From Eledone cirrhosa (lineage: Eukaryota), in contig OZ024740.1 of NCBI GenBank assembly GCA_964016885.1, positions 291,028,001-291,092,000 of the forward strand: a DNA stretch of 64,000 nucleotides, written 5' to 3'. The translations under genes were made by a program, and so were the position numbers. Of the stretch, positions 51,131 to 64,000 are shown piece by piece. Position 1 is the stretch's first letter. Each line of letters starts with the position of its first letter. Below the pieces are notes generated by a model, which worked only from the letters and a program-made list of their open reading frames with translations, was not told the origin of the DNA and searched no databases.

Positions 51131-51882
51131 TGCTTATATATATTTTTATACATATTTATATATATATATATTTATATATATATATTTTTATATATATTTA
51201 TATATATATTTATATATATATTTATATTTATATATATATTTATATCATCATCACCGTTTTACGTCCATTCCAGGGCCCTATTTTCCTTCCTACAAACTAG
51301 AACTTTAGTCTTAGACAAGTTTATATTTATCTAAAAGCCCTACATCATATATTTTATGTAAGAACCTTTAAGCTTTTCTCTAAACACCAACTTAATGAGG
51401 AAGATGGATCCTTTACTAAAACCCTGCAAATTTTTGATTATTTTCAAAATAATTTGAAATTGATAGAGTTTCATTAGAAATATTATAATGAAAGCATTAA
51501 TACATACATTTAATTTCCACAATATTTGTTTATTGTTTTTTATTTGTTTGTACACACACCTGTATGTATCTTTGTTCACACACTGTATGTGTTATACAAC
51601 ATATCATTAAATGAAAATCAAATTATAAGAAGATATAGAACATTTGCACACATCTGCACACATACAATACATAGACACACACATATAAGACTTTCATCAC
51701 CTTTATTTAAATGACACTCACATCTACACACAACACATATGATATTCATCACTTAAATTACACACACACATACAAGATATTCATCACCCTTATTTAAATT
51801 ACACACACATACACACATACAGTATTTACTTTTGTACTCCTTTGTTATGTCCCCATTATATGTTGACATCTATATCTATATA

Positions 51883-52463
51883 TCTCTCTATATATAAAAC
51901 AGAGGATATCTCTCTATCTGTCTGTGTAAATCCCTAAAACTCGAGGTACCCGACCGATTTTTTCAAACGTTACACATGCGTTACTTATATTTCTTGAAGT
52001 GCAATGGGCTAAAAAAAATTTTAACTTTTTCTGCCCTTTTCTCGCATTAGGCGAAAAACCGCATTTTTTTAGGCATTTTTAGGCTTTTGTGAGGTGTAAC
52101 TTAAAGATACTCTAGCCGATTTCCTCGAAATTTGCAGCGGTTGTGATAATTCCACAGTGACCCCTTTTGTCTCACCTTTGTTGCTGTGTAAATGCAGTGT
52201 AACCAATGCTGCCCAGCGTTTGTGCTAATTGAACTATTACCCCTTCTGTTGCAGCTGCGTTGCCATGCTGATTTCGTCATCTCAATATCCCTACTTAAAC
52301 GTACATCCCTACTTGGTTTTCACACAATTGACTACGTCGCTCCTCAATCATTCCCTGAGAATAAGAGAATTCAAAAAGTACACAGCTATATTCCGAAATC
52401 TTTGCATATACGTGTTGCTATTTCACGTTTCCTACCCCGTGCAACGCCGGGTCCTGCTGCTAG
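51883..52463 (+). mobile_element. Non-autonomous Helitron
   Basis: TC..TATATATAAAA 5' end; 3' hairpin cccg-tgcaacgc-cggg; CTAG|T. Confidence 0.8.
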
Positions 52464-52932
52464 TATAATATAAAAGAAAGATGTTTATTGGTTGAATCAC
52501 ACAAAAACTACACACACACACACACACACATTTAAAGAGAGAGAGACACAGAGTGAGAGGCAGAAAGAGAGAGATAGGCTGTTATACGGAGAGAGATACA
52601 ATTAAAGTGTTAGATATTCAAAGAGAGATCGTGAGTGAGTGACGTCCCACCAAAGTATCAGTTGAAGGTTTTACATCCTTTGGAGCTGAAAAAGATCATA
52701 CTGACTATGGTTATTTCACATTTAAAATCCAAGGTCAATGCTACCATTTAATTGGAAGTTTACTCCCCCAGCCTAATAAGGAAGTTTTATGATTGTTTTT
52801 TTTTTCTATGTCTCTCATACTCATACACTACGGTCTCACTTCATACCAGACAACACATCTAATACAGTCGTTTTCTCTTTTATCCCTCTTCTCTTCACTG
52901 TTCTCCCAGGCGAAGCCGGATACCTCAGCTAG
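52464..52932 (+). mobile_element. Older Helitron-like element
   Basis: 3' end ccc.aggcgaagcc.gga...CTAG|T; the 5' portion resumes after the younger Helitron. Confidence 0.6.
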
Positions 52933-52964
52933 TAACAAATAAATGAAATAATTGTTTAAGGAAA

Positions 52965-53215
52965 TGAATTGTTAGAGAGTGGGACACATGTTTAGCAGTA
53001 TTTGTTTTAGTTATTTACTTGTTGAGTTCAAATTGTCTTTCATCCCGCTGGGGTCAATAAAATAAAGTACCAGTTAAGTACTGGGGTTGATATAATAAAG
53101 TACCAGTAAAGTACTGGGGTTGATATAATAAAGTACCAGTTAAGTACTGGGATTGATATAATCAACTTTTCCCTCCCCTCAAATTGCTGGCATTGTGCCA
53201 ATGTTAGAAAAATTA
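52965..53215 (+). mobile_element. SINE family 1 with an internal 33-bp triplication
   Basis: ataaagtaccagt.aagtactggg.ttgatata repeated three times. Confidence 0.7.
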
Positions 53216-53481
53216 ATATAGATAGGTAGAATTGTTAGAGAATCTAAACTATAATAAAGAAAGGAGTGCGGGATTACGTCCAGAATATATTTTTTTACCC
53301 CGTTTGTAAAATAAGTTGGATTACTTTGAATAAATAATGAATGAATATTACATAATTTATGTGCTAAATTTCGTGGCTGTTGATTAAATATATTTTATAG
53401 CTTATTTAAAGATCTTGAAAATTCACTTTAACATTTTCAAATGTCAACACTTCCGGTTAGCGGCCGTTATATTATAACACA

Positions 53482-53670
53482 GGGGCGATGGATTGGCAGT
53501 ATCGGTAGAGGGTCGGACGCCATGCTTTCCAGCATAGTTACGTCCCTTTACGATCTGAGTTCAAATCCCGCCGAGGTTGACTTTGCCTTTCATCCTTACG
53601 GGGTCGATAAAATAAAGTACCAGTAATGCACTGGGTAATTGCTGGCCTTGTGCCTAAAGTAGAAACAGTT
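53482..53670 (+). mobile_element. SINE family 1, best-preserved copy
   Basis: A box tggcagtatcggtaga, B box gagttcaaatcc, Meta-type domain gactttgcctttcatccttacggggtcgataaaataaagtacc. Confidence 0.8.
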
Positions 53671-53989
53671 ATATTATAACACTTATAATAATATTGCATA
53701 TATTTCCGTCGCTAATTTTCTCCTAATGCAGTTTATATATAATATCGTCTTTTTTTAAATGTATCATGGATTACGTTACTGATTACAGAAGACAGTGTAA
53801 CATAGACTGCGTTCAATTTCTCTGTATATTGTCAATTACGATTTTATTTGATGTATCATATCTACATGTATATATATTTGTTTATAATATCAATATACAC
53901 ACTACACATGCTAGCAGAAAACCACCCGTAGGGTGGTTTTTTCCTGCTAGTTGCTTTACTGTAATATATTTGGTCTTGTTACATGTGTC

Positions 53990-54670
53990 ATCATCATCAA
54001 ATGTATGGCTTCCTTGCTAACAAGTGTTGGATGCATCTCCACAGATCAAATTAGTACTCAAGCAGAGTTACAGAACTCTTAGATGAGCCGAGGGCCTACA
54101 TCTCACCTACTAAATGTATTTTATTGTGGCACCAACACTAGAGAGGGTGGCATGACATTTTATTATTGTGACACCAGCATTAGGGAGGGTATCATTTCAT
54201 TTTATTGTGGTGCCAACACCAGGGAGGGTGTCATGTCTTTGACACAACTGGTGAGTTATCCTGTCTCTTTGTTTGGCTTTCTACAGTTGGATGCCCTTCC
54301 TATCACCAACCAATTTAAAAAACAAATGTGTTCTATTGGATGTATAATGTTAATGTGGATGAAATGAGAAAAAAAAACTGGATATATGAGGAATCAGATG
54401 TGGTGCGCAAGAGAGGAAACTGCATTGTTATGGACATGTGATGCATATGAATGATGATTGTTGGGTGAAGGAGTACCAGGTGTTGCCAGTGGAAGGAAGC
54501 TGCTGAGGAGAAAAACTAAGGAAAATCGGACAGAGATGATTAGAGCTGATATCAAACTGCTGAACCTCACAGAATAGATGACAAAAGAACACAAGTGGAT
54601 GTAGACTGTGTTGGAGAGAACCCATCTAACCATGGAAAAGCAGACGTAAAATGTTGTTGATGATGATGAT
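53990..54670. mobile_element. Old SINE tail (-, 53990-54330) head-to-head with an old RTE 3' end (+, 54340-54670)
   Basis: ttctacagttggatgcccttcct; tatggacatgtgatgcatatg...gcagacgtaaaatg(GAT)n. Confidence 0.65.
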
Positions 54671-54870
54671 GGGCAGAGATGGAATATAATATGTAAAGAA
54701 ACTCCAGATTCAGTGCTGCTTGTTATTGTTATTGCTGTTTAAGCCCAGGTTTACTTTGTTCCAACAGACCCATGATCAAAAACATTCTAGGTGTAATTAT
54801 CCTATCTTTTATTCATATACATATAGATGACATTATCCAAATTCCTTATTTTTAAAAGATGACAGAATGT

Positions 54871-55385
54871 TAGTTGAGTAAGTTTTGGCTACTATTTCTG
54901 CCAGGTTGAACTACTGTTTACAGACTTCATTGAGTAAGTTTTGGCTACTATTTCTGCCAGGTTGTACTACTACTTAGAGACTTCTACTTTGAGTAAGTTT
55001 TGGTTACTATTTCTGTCAGGTTGTACTACTACTTACAGACTTTATTGAGTAAGTTTTGGCTACTAGTTCTGCCAGGTTGTACTACTACTTAGAGACTTCT
55101 TCATTGAGTAAGTTTTGGCTACCATTTCTGTCAGGTTGTATTACTACTTAGAGACTTCTTTATTCAGTAAGTTTTGGCTACTACTTCTACCAGGTTGTAC
55201 TACTACTTAGAGACTTCTTCATTGAGTAAGTTTTGGCTACTATTTCTGTCAGGTTGAACTACTGTTTACAGACTTCATTGGGTAAGTTTTGGCTACTATT
55301 TCTACCAGGTTGTACTACTGTTTACAGACTTCATTGAGTAAGTTTTGGCTACTATTTCTACCAGGTTGTACTACTTCTTCATAGA
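54871..55385. repeat. Minisatellite of about 54-57 bp, about 9 copies
   Basis: ttgagtaagttttggctactatttctgccaggttgtactact...agacttc. Confidence 0.9.
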
Positions 55386-56079
55386 CTCCAATCCAGATAT
55401 GGTTTAATTATAGTTAGTTTTATAACTGAACTAAATCAAAGCAAAATATGTGTGTGCTTGTGAAATAAGTTAGAGCTGAAGTGGCATTGGTTACACGTCA
55501 AGTTTGAAAAAGGTTTGGCTTGGACCTTAGTAATGCCCATGCAACTCCTGTGATTTCTTAGGCTACATAAGTGACAATTGATGATCTTCAAATATCGACT
55601 TGTATGGGAGTAAAGAACACAGTTTGTTGGTGAATTGGCTGCATCAGAGGGGTCAGCATTAGAATTAGGATTCAGTCTTATAATAAAATGGACTGACTAC
55701 TCTGAGTGAAAATGTCTACAAGTTTGTAAATTTCAGTTACCTAACAACAATATCTTCATATGACAAACACACAAGAGGACAATTACACAGTCGTTTGACC
55801 TGGTAGAAATAGCTATCCAGTTGTCTTTAAACAGCAAGGGCATTTATAATCTTAGATGTGCAAAAGGATGGGATAGTAGTCATAAATGAAGTTATTTTCT
55901 ATGATAGTTCTGTTCAAGCAGGGCTGCCCTTGGTCTAAACTACATTTGACAATATCTTCACATAAAATTTGAATAGAATTTGGCACTTTGAGCAAGTGTC
56001 TTTTACTATACCCTCAAACTAATCAATGACCTATGATGGAAATTTGGTAGAATGACTGTATATAAAAACCCATTGTGTA

Positions 56080-56112
<33 letters not shown>

Positions 56113-56142
56113 ATCTCTCTCTATATATATATATATATATAT

Positions 56143-56290
56143 AATTCTACTTTTGGCACAAGGCCAGCAATTATTCAGTGTATTACTGGTACTTTATTTT
56201 TTATATAATTGTTTCTACTTTAGGCACAAGGCCAGCAATTACCCAGTGCATTACTGGTACTTTATTTTATCGACCCCGTAAGGATGAATG
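56143..56290 (-). mobile_element. SINE family 1 3' ends (two in tandem)
   Basis: ctactttt.ggcacaaggccagcaatta...tactggtactttatttt occurs twice. Confidence 0.7.
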
Positions 56291-56574
56291 AGAGAGAGAT
56301 AAAGATTATAAGTAAATCAAAATACACTTTGTTTTCATGCTACAAGAAAACCCTTCTTTATAACTGCATACATATATTTTAGTTTGTTTTACCAAATGTA
56401 TTTCTACTAATTTTAGTAATCAGCCATTCTTCCTTCAAATCCTAACACATCCTGCAACAAAAAAGTTTTAAGATAGTCACTCTATCTGAGAAAGCAACAC
56501 ATTCTACCATCTTAGAAAAACGGTAGGACATATTGGGTAATGTGATCTTAAATACTTTCTCTTATCTGTCTAAA

Positions 56575-56810
56575 GTCTGTCTCGAGCCTGGAGGCTCATC
56601 AGGCTGGTGTTTATCCTAGTTCCGTGGCATGAAGCGACTGAGATAGGACAGCAGTCCATTGCAGGGTTAAACCCCCCAGTTATTGCTGGTACTCATTTTT
56701 AGCTGAGTATATTGGAGCAATTTGAAATGAAGGGTTTTGCACAAGAGCCTAGGAATCAAACCCACGACATTATGATTGCAAGACCAACACCCTTACCACC
56801 AAGCCACACA
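56575..56810 (-). mobile_element. tRNA-derived SINE (related to 63130-63380)
   Basis: gctggtactcatttttagctgagt...gagcaa..tgaaatgaagggttttgc.caagag. Confidence 0.6.
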
Positions 56811-57616
56811 CTACCTCTTATCTTAAATACAGCATTCTATGTTATCTATTTCCACATGATCTTAAATACGCCTTGTGGAAATAAGATAGGATGGTCATGA
56901 CTGGAATACATTTTGTTGTAGGTCTGCTCAATTGGAAGTGAGTGGGGTAGGAGTGGGGCTCAATAGTAACCTCCTTACCAGCACTTCCTGCTTCTACATA
57001 ACAAAATTATGGTATTTTGAGTCCATTTAATAATTGACAAATTCTTCTTCAGAATCTTCAGTCTTTAGTTTATTTTCATGCTATCTCTTATTTTCACCTA
57101 TTTTATTGCTACTATAATAGATTATTATCGTCATTTAACATCCATTTTCCCAGCTGGTAAGAGTTCAATATTCAGGTTAGTACTCAACTGGAGCTGCTGA
57201 CCTCCCAGTTGGGCTGGAGGTCTGCATCTTACTACATATATTCCCATGCTCTACTGTGTTCATTTTATCTTGGCATCAGCACTAGGGAGGATGATATGTC
57301 TTTGACACAGCTGAAGAGTCCTCCCAACCCTTTGCTTGGTAGGTTTTCAATGGCTGGATACCCTTCCTAGCACTTTACAGACTTTAGTATCAACACTCAA
57401 ATTGCTTGATCTACCAATGGAGTTAGTTTGTTTTATACTTTTGACAAGAGATATCAACATTTCAATATATTTGTTTAGACATTCCCTTTTTTTCCCTTCT
57501 ATGTCAAATTACAGAACAGTTAGAGAAAATTTGAAATCATCCAAGAAATTAGATATTTTATTAACTCTTTTGATATGAAACCGTTTGAATCTGTCCCTCA
57601 TTCTACAATACAAAAC

Positions 57617-57827
57617 CATTTAGCATTTAAACTGGCCATATCTGGCCAGAATTTTCTCAGCTCTTTCTGTTCAAACTGGCTGTAACCGGCCACTCATACT
57701 TATGTGAAGGTATTGTTCTCAAAATAAATAATATCAAAATCTCATATATTCGATATTATGTAAGGTAAAGTCTTTACTGCGAAAATATAATAATATAAAT
57801 AGAGTAATGTAAATGCTAAAGGGTTTA
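57617..57827. mobile_element. MITE-like element
   Basis: Terminal inverted match tttagcattta / taaatgctaaa. Confidence 0.5.
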
Positions 57828-58008
57828 AAGTGTTTATAATTATTTAAAGACCTATCATAATTTTATGTAAGAATCTTTGTTATGCTCTAAACACTAGATT
57901 AACAGTGAGAAAATTAGTTGTAATACTCAATCCCTTCAAATTCTTGATTATTTTCCAAATTATTTGAAAACCATTTGAAATATAGTAAGGGAAGGGTTAA
58001 TGATTTAG

Positions 58009-58182
58009 TTAATTACTTCCCATTTCCTTACAAATGTGTGGACATATGTGTGTCAGTATAAGAAATGATTAATAAAATATTATTAATTTGAAGTCAACCA
58101 AGAAATAACATATTTTATGAATGATTTCTTGCATTGACACATATATATCCACATATTTGCAAGGAAGTAGGAAGCAATTAAC
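58009..58182. mobile_element. Imperfect fold-back/MITE
   Basis: ttaattacttcc..ttccttacaaatgtgtggacatatgtgtgtca versus tgacacatatatatccacatatttgcaaggaagtaggaagcaattaa. Confidence 0.6.
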
Positions 58183-58800
58183 TTGGTCACAGTATTTAAT
58201 TGGTAAATATTTGACCAGCCTTGATGAATAATAGTCAAAGTTGATACCAGCAGGATTTAGAATTAATACTATATAATCTTTACCACTTCATGATACTCAA
58301 GTTATGTTAATGATAAAATAACCATAAGATCATCTTTAATTTAAAAGATGTTTAATAATGTTTGGAGAAAATATTCTCGTTTCTTTCTACCAAATTTGAA
58401 ATGATTCACCAACCATATTAATTCATTATTAAGTATGTGTATCAAATTTTGATCTTATAATCTTGCTTCCTTCTTCCATCAACAATCAATAAATTTAATA
58501 ATTGTCATCTGAATACAATCGATCCTATTAGTCCATACTCATGAAACACAATATGGTTGAAACAGGTTGTATGTAAATATCAGCGGAATAGATATTAAGG
58601 AAATAGATTTTACAGCTAAGACATAATGGAATTTGAATAAAATTAATTGAATTAATTGAAAAATTTAACATGGCCTCAACTAGATGGTTGGAACAGGTAA
58701 AAGAATAAAAGAATGATTTATCTTAATTTTTAACACGATAACATATTTTCCAGCAAATTCTCTTTCTTGCAAAAGAAACTTAAACAAGCAATAAGAATTA

Positions 58801-59317
58801 CTCTCGGATCTCAAATAATGCCGCACCCCCCTTTCCGCTTATTAATTTTTCAAATTTCTTTTTCCAAACCCTCACTTATCAAATTTTTAATCTACCGTAT
58901 TTCTTGGTGCTGAAGATGCTTCGTCCTCAAGAATGCACCCTAATTTTGACAACCAAAAATTTGAAAAAAAATAATAAACAACCTTTGGCCTCCAGGACGG
59001 ATGGTAGATTTTTTAGACTTATTTTAGGAAAAAAGTAGCATCTTCGACACCAGGAAATACACTATTTCCGGTGAAATTTTATTTGAAGTAGTAGCATTCC
59101 AGTGACAATTAATTTCCTTTAAACACTAAAAAACATTATGCATGAAAAAAAAAAAGAACATTACAAGATATCCTATATGCTATAAAATAAATAGGATAAG
59201 TTGGTGTCGCAATACATAAACTAAACTACTAAATCTGGTTTTTTAAAAAAATCAGGGGAGACAACCTAGAAAAATTATCGATTTTCCAACCTCTCCCTAT
59301 TATTTGGGACCCAAGAG
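58801..59317. mobile_element. Tc1/pogo-type MITE (outer)
   Basis: TA|ctctcggatctcaaataat ... attatttgggacccaagag|TA. Confidence 0.6.
58895..59062. mobile_element. pogo/Tigger-type MITE (inner, nested)
   Basis: TA|ccgtatttcttggtgctgaagatgct ... agcatcttcgacaccaggaaatacac|TA. Confidence 0.7.
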
Positions 59318-59354
59318 TAAGCTTATAAAATAATTTCTATTAATCAAAAAAATC

Positions 59355-59530
59355 GTTTCTACTTTTGGCACACGACCAGCAATTATCCCAGTGCATTACT
59401 GGTGCTTTATTTTATTTACCCCGTAAGGATGAAAGGCGAAGTTGACCATGGCAGGATTTGAACTCAAACCTTAAAGGGCCTTAACTCTATACTGAAAAGA
59501 ATGGCGGTCGACCCTCTACCAATACTGCCC
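59355..59530 (-). mobile_element. SINE family 1
   Basis: Antisense match to the 53482 copy. Confidence 0.75.
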
Positions 59531-61114
59531 ATGTTATTTTTACAGAATGTGCTAGCCAGAATACTACACTGTGTAATTATCATCAGACAGTGTAGTATGA
59601 TGAGTCATCGAAGTGTAATCATATGCCAGAAAAACAGAGAAACTAACATGTCTACTAATGTGACTAACAAAACAAATCTAATAGAAACGTTAATTATATT
59701 CCTTCTATAAAGAAGAGAGAAAACTTACAAAATTATCAAATAAGAGTAGTAATTAAAACTAAATAAGGAAAGAAAGTAGATTTAAGATCAGAATCGTTTT
59801 GAAGAGGTAAAGATCAATAATTAGTATTGTCAATAGGGGATATAAGAAGAGAAGAAAAACAAAAAAAAACAACAAACAAACAAATATATTGAGGAAACAT
59901 CTATGTAGGCTAGAAATAACAATCTAATCATCCTAAAATCATTCAATACCACATTAAAAAAGGAAATTGGGTAATGTCATTCGATAAGAAGACACTATTG
60001 TCTTGGAAGAAACATTTAATATCATAGATCTGTTTGATTAGAACTGGCTTGGATTTAAACAACAATAATTGAGCCATGGTAAAGTCACATTAGCTGCTTC
60101 AAACACACACACACATACACACTCTATTCTATCATTGTAATGTATATATCGTATTAAGTATCAAAGTCTTTCCTTATATATCTATGATTTGATCACTATC
60201 ACTATATCACTTACTAAACAGGTACACCCCTGAAAACAAATGTTCCATTGTGTGATGTAATTATAAGTGTATGAACTCAATTTCAATGTAAATGACCCAA
60301 TTTAATAAACGTGAAGGACACTACATCATCATCATCACCACCATCATTGTTTAGGATTCATTTTCCCTGCCAGGCAGGATTAGATATGTCATCACAGACT
60401 GATCAATACTCAAATAGAGTTACTGACCTTCAGGTGAACCAGGGACCCAACATTTGATCCTGCGCTCTATTGTATTTATTTTATTGTGGTACCAACACTA
60501 TGGAATTTATTATGTCCTTGACACACCTGAACCTTTGTTTGACAAGCTGGATGCCTTTCCTATTACCAACCACTTTATAAAATGTACTGGGTGCATTTAT
60601 CATGTAGGTCATCAATACTAGGGAGGTTGTCATGTCTAAGGCTCAACTGAAGAGTCCTACAGAAATCATGATTTCATTTTGACTAAGTATAAACCTAATT
60701 TTATTTGGAATCTGAGGGAGGAGGTGAGCAGTAAGAGTTAGGTAATAGTGTGACTGCCTGTCAGAAACTGTAGACTTGTTGATGGCTGCTACATCTAAAT
60801 CAAGTGATTGGAGGTGATTGTGTTGGAGGCCTACCCCCAACATTTCTATTTCTCACACTTTTTGGAAAAAATCTGCATTCAGACCTGGAGAGTAAATGGG
60901 CTCTGCCGGGTTTTAAAAAATAATGCCATAGAAATGCTGTATTTCAATACGGCACTCCTATGACTCTCTCAGGAGTTACGCGACCATACATACATACATG
61001 ACTGATATTTAGTTTATTGACCTCATTGGGATTTGAACATAAAACTTAAAGGGATGTGACTAATTGTTACAAAGTATTTTGTATCAATACTGTTCCAATT
61101 CTGCTAAATTATTA

Positions 61115-61440
61115 GTGTTGTAGACATAGTTATGCGTAAGTTTATTGAGGTGGGCTGTGGAGACTTTGCAGGATGCTCCCTCTGCAAAGTTCTTAAACAA
61201 CTGGTTTTACAAAAGTGGCAAAGAAGAGAGCCTTTCAATTTGTGAGTGAAGCTGCAGAGAAAGTTACCAAGTGGCTTTAGATTAAGAGGGTTAATCCATG
61301 GTTGATTGCTGCTAGGATGCAATTTCAGATCTGATCACTCTTGGTTAGATGTTAAAAGAGCCAAAATTCTCAGTGACCTTAGGGTACATCACTGATGATG
61401 TGTCTCAGCTGATCTATGAGGATGTATCTTGTACACACCA
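61115..61440 (+). mobile_element. Hero-type (RLE non-LTR) retrotransposon 3' fragment
   Basis: Manual translation with one frameshift: FIEVGCGDFAGCSLCKVLKQL/FTKVAKKRAFQFVSEAAEKVTKWL*IKR; 3' UTR gggtacatcactgatgatgtgtc. Confidence 0.7.
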
Positions 61441-62157
61441 GTGAAATATATCCAATTAAGAATTAAAACCAATTTATAGACTCTGGTTCTTCAAGAATTT
61501 AATGCCACAGTTTGGTATCCACTTGTCACCAATACAATAATAGAAAGCTAGTTTGTAAATTTATGGTACTCTAACACCACTTAACAAGTAAATTAACACC
61601 AAATAAAAGAGAAAAGTTAAAATTTAACAACAACCTGGAATTAAATGACTAGTTTCTGTAGACTGTGTCAAATCTTTGTTGAATATCTTAAATCCCTGTC
61701 TGAGGACAGATTCATTAGGTTTGGTTAATTCCTTTAATTGTTGCTCCATACTTGGCTTTATTTTCTCAATTACCAGGACAGCTAATAGAAGTAAAAGTTT
61801 TAGTATATAAATAGATTTAACATTTAACATTGCTTTTGGCCAATAACACAGCAACTAAACAGACTATCACTGAGAATTCGGGATAAATTGATTCTTTAAT
61901 TATCAGATAAGAAAGAGAATTAGATTAGGCGGATGTTATCACTTGTAATGTAATTGATATTTGTCATTATATTTAAGACAATAGTCCCTATCATAAGAGG
62001 AATAAATATAACTAAGGCATAAAGCCAGAAAATTATCGGGAGGAATGTAGTCAATTATATTGATTCCAGTATTTGAGATGTACACTATTTTATCTACCTG
62101 TCATGGAAGATAAAATTAACCTCAACAGGATTTTTGAAAATTTGGATTGGTCTAGAG

Positions 62158-62496
62158 TAGTGGTTCCCAAAATCATCATCATCATCATCATTATCAACGT
62201 TTAACGTCCGTGTTCCACGCTTGCATGGGTTTGGACAGGGGTTTTCCCACTTGAGGCAAGAGTGATTGTCTTGCTCACATAGGACTGTCTGGCAGGTTTT
62301 CTACAGTTGGATGCCCTTCCTAACACCAACCACATTTACAGTGTGGGGTTCAGCAAAAGAGTGTCTGGGCTTTGGTGAAAAAAGGTAGAGGAGTATATTT
62401 ATATTACAATCATATAACAGTATTAGACTTTGGGGTTCACCGAAAAGTTTCTTAACCAGAAAGGGTTCTGCATTTGAAGACGTTTGGGAAACCCTG
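62158..62496. mobile_element. hAT/Charlie-type MITE containing an RTE family A tail (62173-62350, -)
   Basis: TIRs tagtggttcccaaa/tttgggaaaccctg; 8-bp TSD GTCTAGAG at 62150-62157 and 62497-62504. Confidence 0.85.
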
Positions 62497-62784
62497 GTCT
62501 AGAGAAGTGGGATGTGCCTATAATCTTCATAATTGCTCTCCCTAAGTGAGGTTGACATGGTTTATGTTCCTTTTGTACAATTGTAAATCAATGGTTATAA
62601 AATATACAACTTAGATGTTTCAATTAATTTTGAAAATAATTATGAATCTTGATTATATTAAGCTCATAAACATGAACTCTTTAAAATGGTCAGTTTTGTA
62701 TCATAGAACTGGAGATGGCCTCAGACAGATTTATATGAAAAGAGTTAACAGAAAATTTATAATCTTCATGGGTATCATCTTCAA

Positions 62785-63050
62785 TCTTCTATTTGGCCAG
62801 TGTTTTCATATATTCTATTTGGTCACAGTGTTTTCATATACTCTATTGTGAATATTCTATTTGGCCACAGTATTTTCATATATTCTATTTGGCCACAGTG
62901 TTTTCCTATATTCCAATGTCAATATTCTATTTAGCCACAGTATTTTCATATATTCTATTGTCTATATTTTATTTGGCCTCAGTGTTTTCATATATTCTGT
63001 TGTCTATATTCTATTTGGCCACAGTATTTTCATATATTTTATTGTCTGTT
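62785..63050. repeat. Minisatellite with 27/42-bp units
   Basis: ctatttggccacagtgttttcatatatt(ctattgtcaatatt) repeated. Confidence 0.85.
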
Positions 63051-63129
63051 GAGGTTTTTAATTGTAATAGTCACATCCAACACCTTTTTTATAACACAGC
63101 ACTTACTGCTCTAACATTTTATTCTTACT

Positions 63130-63590
63130 AATGGCTGAATGGTCACATGTGGGTTTTATTCTTGGACAGGGTGTTGTGTTGTGTTCTTGAGCAAAACTCT
63201 TCATTGCCTGCTGCTTCAGTACACACAGATAAAAATAGGTCCTAGCATTAACTGGAAGTTAACACTGTTATGAACTGGTGTCCAGTCCAGGGGGAAGTTT
63301 TGTACTCTTAGTTAATTAACATCAAGGAAACTGGGATAAGCACCTGTCTGATGAGCCTCTTGGCTTGGGACAGACTTTAGATTTTAACTAACTAACAACT
63401 ATTATTGATCTTCTTATGTGTCACCTAAGGCAGCAAATTTGCAGTCATTAGAATGTTGAACAGGATACTTTGCCATATTTGTAACAGCTCCTTGCACTCT
63501 GAGTTCAAAAGCCACCAAGATCAACTTTGCCTTTCATCCTTTTGAGGTTGATAAAAAATAAGTACCAGTCTAGTGCTAGGGTCGATCTTC
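63130..63590 (+). mobile_element. Two decayed SINEs (family 2-like 63130-63380; family 1 63425-63590)
   Basis: tgtgttcttgagcaaaact; gagttcaaaagccaccaagatcaactttgcctttcatccttttgaggttgataaa. Confidence 0.6.
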
Positions 63591-64000
63591 CTCTATATCT
63601 CTTTCTCACTTCCTCTTTATAACTCTCGCTCTCTTCTTCTCTTGTAGAAATTGGCTATGGAGAGGGGATGGGTTCCAATAGGTTTAACATTTTCAAGACA
63701 TGTTGTATGTCACTACATCACCACTAGGACTCCATCAGGAGTAACAGGTTCATACAGTATAACATATCTGCTCACTTAATCTTTCTCTAATTAATGTTAT
63801 TATTGCTTCATTTACTATGACCATTCTGTCTTTCTCTCAGACGTAATGTATTGAAAACTACATTATCCAATGTGTCTTTCTTTTTTAAGGCAGTAGGATG
63901 TAATTTGACTGCTATTTCTGGCAGGTTGGTTGAAATTCTCTTATTGGGTTTTCAAACTGGTTGGTATGTTAGCCCTATAATGGCGAACTAGCAGAGTCTT

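Noticed and set aside
54871-55385. CRISPR-like regular array
   Set aside because: The units are contiguous with no unique spacers, there are no cas genes, and the context is eukaryotic.
60645-60675. CTGAAGA...GAAA-tcatga motif
   Set aside because: No stem II can form; ctgaagagtcct belongs to an old SINE also seen at about 57310.
63325-63375. GAAA...CTGATGA-gcc-tctt-ggc as a hammerhead
   Set aside because: No GAAA follows stem II; it is part of a SINE 3' region also seen at about 56590.
51300-64000. Host protein-coding exons
   Set aside because: No ORF with a recognisable domain or convincing splice context; small exons cannot be excluded without transcript data.

Overview
AT-rich eukaryotic repetitive DNA, most likely from an octopus or other cephalopod (inferred from the SINE and RTE families and the very long (TA)n arrays). 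I found no host protein-coding exon I can support; the many Y/I/M/C-rich ORFs are microsatellite artefacts. The window is a nest of mobile elements, most of them inserted in (TA)n arrays. It holds about 11 copies or fragments of one RTE LINE family (APE + RT with an internal PHD-like finger, (GAT)n tail), other RTE families (BovB-like with C2H2 fingers, Expander/Rex3-like), a Tx1/L1 3' end and a Hero (RLE) 3' end. It also holds a Penelope-like element (RT + GIY-YIG, inverted pLTR), a decayed full-length Ty3/Gypsy element with LTRs, three non-autonomous Helitrons, hAT and Tc1/pogo MITEs, tRNA-derived SINEs and minisatellites. The most striking unannotated signal is a set of about 13 hammerhead-ribozyme motifs at 9 loci, plus two half-motifs. 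Most sit in short non-coding fold-back or palindromic inserts in (TA)n that mirror the architecture of the Penelope copy. These could be truncated Penelope ends or a non-autonomous ribozyme mini-element system. All folding and alignment was done by eye, and coordinates of decayed elements are approximate.
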